Source of the DNA: Litoreibacter sp.
GTDB lineage: Bacteria; Pseudomonadota; Alphaproteobacteria; Rhodobacterales; Rhodobacteraceae
Assembly: GCF_039974535.1 (NCBI RefSeq)
Contig: NZ_JBDWIU010000012.1
Location: 135,045 to 199,044 of the forward strand
Direction: 5' to 3'
DNA length: 64,000 nucleotides
This document shows, one piece after another, positions 57,031-64,000 of the stretch. Below the pieces are notes generated by a model. It was not told the DNA's origin. It saw nothing but the letters and a program-made list of their open reading frames with translations, and searched no databases. The stretch's first letter is position 1, and every line of letters begins with the position of its first letter. Both the position numbers and the translations under genes were made by a program.

Positions 57031-57404
57031 CCGGGGCTCCCTCCAAAATCCGCCTAGACAAATGGCTCTGGCATGCGCGTTTCTTCAAGACGCGCACGCT
57101 GGCGGCCAAACTGGTCAGTGGGGGGCATGTGCGGGTGAACTCGAATAAAGTCGACAAAGCTGCCACCAAAGTCGGAGCTGGGGACACACTGACTTTCCCG
57201 CAGGGCAATCAGATCAGGGTGGTGGAGATCGCCGCATGCGGCGATCGGCGTGGGCCGGCACCAGAGGCCCAAACGCTCTTCATCGATAAAACCCCTGTAC
57301 AGTTAGTCAAGCCGAAGACCCCCGGTGCAGACCGCGTTGGGGGGCGGCCAACTAAGAAAGATCGCCGCAGTCTGGATCTTTCACGTGATCGTGGTCTTGA
57401 ATGA
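57027..57404 (+). CDS. hslR: S4 RNA-binding protein (Hsp15/HslR-like), probable CTG start
   Basis: The frame upstream of the track's GTG 57129 encodes IRLDKWLWHARFFKTR; RRGPA.EAQ.L; GRPTKKDRR. Confidence 0.85.
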   Translation: MTGAPSKIRLDKWLWHARFFKTRTLAAKLVSGGHVRVNSNKVDKAATKVGAGDTLTFPQGNQIRVVEIAACGDRRGPAPEAQTLFIDKTPVQLVKPKTPGADRVGGRPTKKDRRSLDLSRDRGLE

Positions 57405-57454
57405 TCCTGTGATGAGCATTAGGACAAGCGCGTAAGAAAAATCGGACACCGCTC

Positions 57455-57793
57455 ATGACCTATATAGTCAACGACGCCTGCATCGCCTGCAAATACACTG
57501 ATTGTGTAGAAGTTTGCCCAGTAGATTGTTTCTACGAGGGAGAGAACATGTTGGTCATCCACCCAGATGAATGCATCGACTGCGGCGTGTGCGAACCAGA
57601 GTGCCCGGCCGACGCTATTCGCCCTGACACTGAGCCAGACATGGAAAAATGGGTCGAGTTTAACCGCAAGTACTCGGAGCTGTGGCCGGTTATCATCACC
57701 AAAAAAGACCAACTTCCCGAAGCAGAAGAACGCGACGGCGAAGATGGCAAGCTTGAGAAGTACTTCTCCGAGAAGCCCGGCGAGGGCGGCTAA
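57455..57793 (+). CDS. fdxA: Ferredoxin (7Fe/8Fe FdxA type)
   Basis: [31 protein letters not shown]. Confidence 0.96.
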   Translation: MTYIVNDACIACKYTDCVEVCPVDCFYEGENMLVIHPDECIDCGVCEPECPADAIRPDTEPDMEKWVEFNRKYSELWPVIITKKDQLPEAEERDGEDGKLEKYFSEKPGEGG

Positions 57794-57884
57794 GACGCCA
57801 GTTTTGCGCGAAGTCAAAGGCCTACGGGAGACATAAAACCAGCATGGCTTTTGATTGAACCGATTCTGTGGTATGGTGCCTTCA

Positions 57885-58020
57885 AAGGAACAAGGGCACC
57901 TATACGACGTTTCACTCGGGTGCTGAAAATCAGACAAGACTTAGGATTGACCGGAGGCATTTCTCCGGCCCGTCTTTTTCGCTGTTTAAGAAGGGCGTTT
58001 CCGAGTGGGAACGAATATGA
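57885..58020 (+). other. Structured 5' leader of carD (candidate cis-regulatory RNA)
   Basis: 5' hairpin GGTGCCTT/AAGGGCACC; long helix 57908-57919 with 58001-58013; inner hairpin CCGGAG/CTCCGG followed by a U-tract. Confidence 0.45.
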
Positions 58021-58533
58021 ATGAGCAAGAAAAAACAAGACTTTAGCCCCAACGAGTTCGTTGTCTACCCAGCACATGGCGTAGGCAAAGTGGTCAACAT
58101 CGAGACGCAAGAAGTTGCGGGCATCGAGCTGGAATTGTTCGTAGTGGCCTTCGAGAAAGACAAGATGACCCTGCGCGTGCCAACGCATAAGGCGATCGAA
58201 GTGGGCATGCGTCCGCTGTCCTCGCCTGACCTTGTGGGCCAAGCGTTCAAAACCCTTAAAGGCAAAGCCCGCGTGAAGCGCGCAATGTGGTCGCGCCGTG
58301 CGCAAGAGTATGAACAAAAGATCAACTCGGGCGATTTGATCGCCATTGCTGAAGTGGTCCGCGACCTGCACCGCCATGGCGACCAACGCGAGCAAAGCTA
58401 CTCTGAGCGTCAGCTTTATGAAGCGGCCCTTGAGCGTCTGACCCGCGAAATTGCGGTTGTTCAAGGCAAGGATGAGCCATCTTCGATGAAAGAAATCGAC
58501 GACGTATTGATCAGCCGCACCGTCGCTGCTTAA
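58021..58533 (+). CDS. carD: CarD family transcriptional regulator
   Basis: F.PNEFVVYPAHGVG, MWSRRAQEY..KINSGD, SYSERQLYE.A. Confidence 0.96.
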   Translation: MSKKKQDFSPNEFVVYPAHGVGKVVNIETQEVAGIELELFVVAFEKDKMTLRVPTHKAIEVGMRPLSSPDLVGQAFKTLKGKARVKRAMWSRRAQEYEQKINSGDLIAIAEVVRDLHRHGDQREQSYSERQLYEAALERLTREIAVVQGKDEPSSMKEIDDVLISRTVAA

Positions 58534-58554
58534 GCCGGTCTAAATGACATCTAC

Positions 58555-58589
58555 AAAGCCGCGCGCCTGATAAGGGCGGGCGGCTTTTT
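58555..58589 (+). terminator. Intrinsic terminator after carD
   Basis: AAAGCCGC...GCGGCTTT plus U-run. Confidence 0.82.
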
Positions 58590-58600
58590 CTATTGGGGCA

Positions 58601-59371
58601 CTAGAGCACCAGCGCAGCAATCGCGCCGAGGATTGCGATTTCAGTGACCAGTTGTGTTGCGCCGAGGATATCCCCCGTTTGGCCACCTATTTTCGCGCGT
58701 GCGATTGCGATGCACATGAATGCACTTATGGCTGCGATGAAGGCGAGCAGAAGTCCCGAGATACCGAATGCCAAAAGGATGACGATGAGGCAGGGGGCCG
58801 CACCGACAATCGGGGCCTTCCCGCACGGGCGCCCCGTTAAATTCGACAAGCCCGTATCGCGCGCATTCGGAAGTGCGCCCATGACATATGACATCACTTG
58901 GCGGGATGTCATGGCAGCGACGATGATTGGTCCCCAAATCCAGCCGGCTGTCAGCAGGGCGGTCAGTGCGCTCCACCGCATGGCAAAACCAGCGATCAGG
59001 GCAATGACACCATACGCGCCTATATGGCTGTCTTTCATGATCTCCAAACGACGCTCTACCGTGGTGCCACCCCATAGACCGTCAGCGGTATCTGCCAAAC
59101 CGTCTTCATGCATGGCTCCGGTCAACAGGCTCAAGCACAACAAAACCGCTGCGGCGACCATTCCTGATGGCAAACCAAGGGCGATAAGAATGCAGGCAAT
59201 GGCGCAGGCGATCCCTCCAACAATTAGACCCGTTACCGGATAGGCCCATGCGGCCATTGCGGCGGGGCGGGCCTCGTTCCAAGTGCGATCTGGCAGGGGC
59301 AATCGGGTCAAAAGGCCCAGTGCCACCCAAATATCTTCGCATTTTATGAGGGCCATGTCGGATTTGTTCAT
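58601..59371 (-). CDS. cobS: Adenosylcobinamide-GDP ribazoletransferase
   Basis: LLTRLP, LTGAMHEDGLADTADG, IMKDS.IGAYG, IGG.TGDILGA. Confidence 0.95.
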   Translation of the reverse strand: MNKSDMALIKCEDIWVALGLLTRLPLPDRTWNEARPAAMAAWAYPVTGLIVGGIACAIACILIALGLPSGMVAAAVLLCLSLLTGAMHEDGLADTADGLWGGTTVERRLEIMKDSHIGAYGVIALIAGFAMRWSALTALLTAGWIWGPIIVAAMTSRQVMSYVMGALPNARDTGLSNLTGRPCGKAPIVGAAPCLIVILLAFGISGLLLAFIAAISAFMCIAIARAKIGGQTGDILGATQLVTEIAILGAIAALVL

Positions 59372-59451
59372 AAGGTGACGCCGCCATCTACTTGTATCTG
59401 TGTGCCTCAGGGGTAAACAGATGCAGCAGCATTTACAATCGCGAGCAGAAC

Positions 59452-60459
59452 ATGGCCCCGTTTACAACATTGATCGAATTCTCCAACGCCCTTGCGGCGG
59501 CCCCTGACGCAGATGCGCAAGCGGTGGCTGGGGCGCAGGCGCGCAATGGTCAACTGACCAAGCCACCAGGTGCCCTAGGTCGTCTTGAGGACTTGGCAAT
59601 TTGGTACGCAGGGTGGCGCGGCACGGATCGCCCAACGCTGGACGCCCCGCAGATTGTGATCTTCGCGGGCAACCACGGGGTTTGCGCGCAAGGGGTCTCG
59701 GCCTTCCCGCCGGAAGTGACCGTGCAGATGGTCGCGAATTTTGAGCATGGTGGGGCTGCGATTAACCAATTGGCGAAGACCTTTGGTGCGACGATGAACG
59801 TCCACGCCCTTGATCTGGACACGCCGACCGCAGATTTCACCCAAAGCCCTGCGATGAGCGAAGCAGAATGCGTGGCAGCCTTGCAAACGGGTTGGGACGC
59901 GGTTGACCCCTCCGCGGATCTATTGGTCACAGGCGAGATGGGGATCGGCAACACAACACCCGCTGCTGCATTGGGTGCGGCCTTGTTTGGCGGCACTGGA
60001 ACCGACTGGGTTGGGCGCGGCACTGGGGTGGATGACGCGGGCTTGGCCAATAAGGCGCGCGTTGTCGACGAGGGCTTGGCGCTGCATACGTCGCGTGACC
60101 CGCTGGAGGTACTTCGCTGTTTGGGCGGGCGCGAGTTGGCGGCCATGGTTGGCGCGATTGCAGCCGCCCGTGCGCACCGCATTCCGGTGATCTTGGACGG
60201 CTTTATCTGCACCGCTGCGGCGTCTGTGCTTCAGAAAGCGCGTACAGGGGCTTTGGACCACTGTGTTGCAGGGCATTTATCCGCCGAGGGTGCGCACCGC
60301 AAAATGTTGGACGGCTTGGGCAAAGAGCCACTGTTGTCCTTGGGACTGCGTTTGGGCGAGGGCTCTGGCGGGGCGGCGGCGATTGGTGTGCTGAAGGCTG
60401 CAGTTGCGTGTCATAGCGGCATGGCAACCTTCGCTGAGGCAGGTGTGTCAGACGGTTAA
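59452..60459 (+). CDS. cobT: Nicotinate-nucleotide--DMB phosphoribosyltransferase; start ATG 59452
   Basis: [50 protein letters not shown]. Confidence 0.96.
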   Translation: MAPFTTLIEFSNALAAAPDADAQAVAGAQARNGQLTKPPGALGRLEDLAIWYAGWRGTDRPTLDAPQIVIFAGNHGVCAQGVSAFPPEVTVQMVANFEHGGAAINQLAKTFGATMNVHALDLDTPTADFTQSPAMSEAECVAALQTGWDAVDPSADLLVTGEMGIGNTTPAAALGAALFGGTGTDWVGRGTGVDDAGLANKARVVDEGLALHTSRDPLEVLRCLGGRELAAMVGAIAAARAHRIPVILDGFICTAAASVLQKARTGALDHCVAGHLSAEGAHRKMLDGLGKEPLLSLGLRLGEGSGGAAAIGVLKAAVACHSGMATFAEAGVSDG

Positions 60460-62333
60460 GTGTCGTCGCCTTGTGGCTCCTTGGGCTTTGTTAGCTTTGC
60501 GAGGAGCTCAATTTCTAGGTCGCGGTTAAGTTCTTTTGCGCGCTCCAGATAGGCTTCATTTTTTCTAACGGGGATGTTGGGGTCCCAAAGGATGGAGAGT
60601 TCAGACATGGCGGCACGGTCCATTCGGAAGAAGGCTACTTCTTGCTCATGGGCGTCATGTTCGGTCAGTCCCAATTCCTCTAGGGCGTAGCGTCCGGCGC
60701 GTAGGGAGCTGTCGAACACTTCGCGCACGATCTTATCGGCACCTGCTTTGTACAGTTCAAATACATGCGCACGGTCACGGGCGCGGGCGATGATCTTTAG
60801 ATCTGGGCGCTCTTTGCGGGCGAATTTGACGATACTATTGGCGGCGCTCCTGTCATCGACTGCGACAACCAGCAACTTGGCCTCGGCCAGCCCCGCTGCA
60901 TGTAGCATTTCGGGGCGGGTAGGGTCGCCAAAGTACCCTTTGAAGCCAAAGCGGCGCATCAGTTGGATCAAGGGTAAGTCATGGTCCAAAACCGTAGTTT
61001 GAAAACCGGAACTTTTCAGCAATCGGGTCACGCCTTGCCCAAAGCGACCAATGCCCGCAATGATGACGGGTTGCTGCTCGTCAATGTGGTCGTGCGGTGC
61101 GGCCTCGCGATGATCCGAGAACCTGTGCTGCAGCTTGTCGTAAACGATGAACAACAAGGGCGTGAGAAGCATCGACAAGGCGACGACTAGGAGCAACGTC
61201 TCTGCCATCTCGGTTGGGATGACGTTTTGCTGCACCGTGAAGCTGGTCAGCACGAAGCCGAACTCCCCCGCCTGTGCCAAGCCCAAAGTGAACAGCATTC
61301 TGTCGCGGCCCTTTATCTTAAACAGAAGTGTCAGAACGAAAAGGACGCCCGCTTTGATCGCCATCACGCCGATTGTAAGCCCAAGGATCACCAGCGGCGC
61401 CCCCATCAGCGTTGTGAAGTTGATCCCCGCACCCACTGTGATGAAGAACAAGCCCAGCAACAGGCCCTTGAAGGGTTCAATATCCGCAGCTAATTCGTGC
61501 CGGAATTCGCTGTTGGCCAAGACGACCCCCGCAAGGAATGCGCCTAAAGCAGGGGACAAGCCCACGAGGACCATGAGGGCGGCGACCCCCACCACGAACA
61601 ACAGTGATACGGCCGTGTACATCTCGCGCAGGCGGGCGCGGTGGATGTAGCGGAAGATGGGGCGGGTTAGGAAGTGCCCTCCGATGACGATAAGGGCGAT
61701 GGCGGCCAAGGTCACCAAAGTGACGCCCCAGCCCGGCAAGCCGTCCAACATGTTTATCACATTGCTTGCAGCGTCATGACCATCACTGCCGTGAGCAGCA
61801 GTTGTGATATTGCTCAAACCGGGCCAAGCAAGCAGTGGCACCAGCGCCAACATCGGGATCACTGCGATGTCTTGGGTTAACAACACCGAGAAGGCTGAGC
61901 GCCCGCCGTTGGTTCCCATTAGAGATTTTTCATTCAGTGTTTGCAATACGATAGCCGTCGAAGATAATGCAAATATCAACCCGATCGCCGTCGCGGCGTG
62001 CCATGGAACCCCCAAGGCCATCGCTGCCGCTAGGATCAAGCCGGTGGTCAGGCCGACTTGTAGCCCTCCAAGGCCAATTAGCCTGTGGCGCATGTCCCAA
62101 AGGGCACGAGGCTCCAGCTCCAACCCGATGAGAAACAGCATCATCACGACGCCAAATTCCGCGAAATGCTGCAGGCTTTGCGCGTCCGATCCAACCAAGC
62201 TGTCGAGCGGGGCAATCATGATGCCTGCAGTCAAATACCCCAAAACCGACCCCAACCCTAGGCGCACCGCCAAGGGGACTGCGACACAGGCCGCTAGCAG
62301 GTATAATGTCGATGCGAAAAGGAAGGTGTTCAT
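60456..62333 (-). CDS. CPA2 K+/H+ antiporter (KefB/KefC-like) with KTN domain
   Basis: [47 protein letters not shown]. Confidence 0.92.
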   Translation of the reverse strand: MNTFLFASTLYLLAACVAVPLAVRLGLGSVLGYLTAGIMIAPLDSLVGSDAQSLQHFAEFGVVMMLFLIGLELEPRALWDMRHRLIGLGGLQVGLTTGLILAAAMALGVPWHAATAIGLIFALSSTAIVLQTLNEKSLMGTNGGRSAFSVLLTQDIAVIPMLALVPLLAWPGLSNITTAAHGSDGHDAASNVINMLDGLPGWGVTLVTLAAIALIVIGGHFLTRPIFRYIHRARLREMYTAVSLLFVVGVAALMVLVGLSPALGAFLAGVVLANSEFRHELAADIEPFKGLLLGLFFITVGAGINFTTLMGAPLVILGLTIGVMAIKAGVLFVLTLLFKIKGRDRMLFTLGLAQAGEFGFVLTSFTVQQNVIPTEMAETLLLVVALSMLLTPLLFIVYDKLQHRFSDHREAAPHDHIDEQQPVIIAGIGRFGQGVTRLLKSSGFQTTVLDHDLPLIQLMRRFGFKGYFGDPTRPEMLHAAGLAEAKLLVVAVDDRSAANSIVKFARKERPDLKIIARARDRAHVFELYKAGADKIVREVFDSSLRAGRYALEELGLTEHDAHEQEVAFFRMDRAAMSELSILWDPNIPVRKNEAYLERAKELNRDLEIELLAKLTKPKEPQGDDT

Positions 62334-62456
62334 TGGGTGCTCGTTTATTGCCTGTGTCCCAAACTATGCCATTTTGGCAGGTCGGGTCGTGTTGAGTATA
62401 GCAAGATTTGTGAGCGGCATCAGAGGTAGTGTAGGATTAATCTCAAAGGAGGGCTC

Positions 62457-62849
62457 ATGAGTTTAGCTGAATTACCACCCGTTGACGTTTTGCGCGCATT
62501 TGAAGGGTTCCCCCCTGAGACGACGAAGCGCCTTCTGGCGATACGTCAGGTTATTTACCAAACCGCCGAGACTATAGCGGAAGTTGGACCTCTGACCGAA
62601 ACCTTGAAATGGAGAGAGCCTGCCTATCTGACGAACGCACCTAAAACGGGGACGACCATTCGTCTTGCTCAACTGTCGGGACAGGCGGCGATGATGGTCC
62701 CATGTAGCACCACGATCATCGAGGATGCCCGCGCTAGGTTCGGCGATTTGCCGGCGTTGCAAAGCAAGCGTGGCGTGTTGTTGGACGCGGAGGCGCAGGT
62801 TATCGACTACGTGATCAACGCGGCCTTAACCTATCACTTGCGCCGTTAG
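62457..62849 (+). CDS. DUF1801 (YdhG-like) protein
   Basis: LLAIRQ.I..TA......L.ETLKW.EPAY; GGAGG SD. Confidence 0.78.
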   Translation: MSLAELPPVDVLRAFEGFPPETTKRLLAIRQVIYQTAETIAEVGPLTETLKWREPAYLTNAPKTGTTIRLAQLSGQAAMMVPCSTTIIEDARARFGDLPALQSKRGVLLDAEAQVIDYVINAALTYHLRR

Positions 62850-64000
62850 GTGACGCGGGCGCGGGTTTTATAGGCGTCGCGATCCCATAGACGGCCGTCC
62901 ATGATGGTTTGCAGGGTTTCTGCAGCCTTCAGGATGTCCTCTTCTCCCACATATAACGGTGTTATGCCAAAGCGTAGAATGTTCGGTGCGCGGAAGTCTC
63001 CGACTACCCTATGGGCGATCAAGGCCTGCATGATGGCGTAGCCTTCCTCATGGGCGAAGGAGACCTGACTGCCACGCTCGGTTGAGTTGCGCGGGGAGGC
63101 AAGGGTTAGGTCGGGGCAGCGTGCCTCGACCTCGGTGATCATCAGTTCTGATAGCTCGATGCAACGGGTGCGGACGTCTTGCATATCGACCATGTCCCAA
63201 ACGTCCAAAGCGGCCTCAAGGGCGGCAATCTGGATCACGGGCGGTGTACCCACTCGCATCCGCTCGATCCCTGATCCGGGTTTGTAGTTCAGATCGAAGG
63301 CGAAAGGGGACGCATGGCCAAGCCAGCCGGACAGGGCGGGGTTTACCACTTCCGCATGGCGCGGGGCCACATAGATGAAGGCAGGGCCGCCGGGGCCGGA
63401 ATTGAGGTATTTGTAGCTGCATCCGACGGCAAAATCGGCTTGAGCAGCAGCAACAACGACGGGAACCGCCCCTGCGGAATGGGCCAAGTCCCAAACGGTG
63501 ATCGCACCAGCGTTATGGGCCAGTTTAGTCAGTTGCTCCATGTCGTGCATACGGCCAGTGCGGTAGTCTACCTGCGTTAGCATCATGACGGCGATGTCGT
63601 CGCCCAAGTTGCTGGCAACATCTTTCGGAGCGACGACACGTAACTCTAGGTCGCGGTCCAGCATGCGGATCAGCCCCTCGGCCATGTACAGATCGGAGGG
63701 GAAGTTGCCGCTGTCTGACAAGATGACATTGCGCGAGGGGTTTAACTCCAGTGCTGCGGCCAGCGCTTGGTAGACCTTGATCGACAGGGTGTCGCCCATC
63801 ACCACATGGCCCGCCTCTGCGCCGATGAGTTTGCCCACACGGTCGCCCACACGCGACGGCTGGTCCATCCATCCTGCCTTGTTCCATCCGGTGATCAGCA
63901 TCTCACCCCATTGGTCCCGCATCATGGCGTCCACACGGTTTTGCGCGGCATAGGGAAGGGGCCCAAGGGAGTTGCCGTCCAGATATGTCATGTTCTCGGG
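62846..64000 (-). CDS. kynU: Kynureninase (5' end beyond the window)
   Basis: YLDGNSLGP, WDLAHSAG, GCSYKYLN.GPG, RGSQVS, DFR.P..LRFG; frame open to the window edge. Confidence 0.95.
   Translation of the reverse strand, partial: PENMTYLDGNSLGPLPYAAQNRVDAMMRDQWGEMLITGWNKAGWMDQPSRVGDRVGKLIGAEAGHVVMGDTLSIKVYQALAAALELNPSRNVILSDSGNFPSDLYMAEGLIRMLDRDLELRVVAPKDVASNLGDDIAVMMLTQVDYRTGRMHDMEQLTKLAHNAGAITVWDLAHSAGAVPVVVAAAQADFAVGCSYKYLNSGPGGPAFIYVAPRHAEVVNPALSGWLGHASPFAFDLNYKPGSGIERMRVGTPPVIQIAALEAALDVWDMVDMQDVRTRCIELSELMITEVEARCPDLTLASPRNSTERGSQVSFAHEEGYAIMQALIAHRVVGDFRAPNILRFGITPLYVGEEDILKAAETLQTIMDGRLWDRDAYKTRARVT

Noticed and set aside
59372-59451. Cobalamin riboswitch at cobS/cobT or before mcm
   Set aside because: The gap is only about 80 bp with no B12-box consensus, and mcm is overlapped by the upstream gene.
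1-64000. CRISPR array, rRNA, transposase or phage genes
   Set aside because: None seen by eye: no regularly spaced repeats and no such protein motifs among the ORFs.

Overview
A 64-kb chromosomal window from an alphaproteobacterium, almost certainly Rhodobacterales (Roseobacter-like). The evidence is a tRNA-His lacking G-1, an alpha-type LexA box, the mmcB-tRNA-His-rluD-rpoH block, the pccR-pccB-pccA-mcm propionyl-CoA cluster, hdaA-ppk1-ppx-proS, and the helicase-S4-fdxA-carD and cobS/cobT blocks. Most of the window is core metabolism and housekeeping. I saw no integrase, transposase, CRISPR array or rRNA. Small accessory blocks are interleaved: (i) a DUF6502-like regulator, a 61-aa GIGGTG lipoprotein and a vWA lipoprotein (1.1-3.5 kb); (ii) an ankyrin protein after rpoH; (iii) a 9-16 kb redox/catabolic patch with a Tat protein plus heme-b membrane partner, LysR-RraA-like-ALDH, and an AT-rich nonsense pseudogene; (iv) DUF3461, an amino-acid symporter and a USP between proS and lolE. 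Manual reading also found features missing from the ORF track: a partial ArsR gene at the left edge, a 43-aa lipoprotein, a 22-codon ORF with promoter and SD, a CTG-initiated S4 protein, a probable sRNA/attenuator in the pcc cluster, and a structured carD leader. Product names come from motif recognition, not database searches. Start codons were adjusted by hand where the ORF track over-extends.
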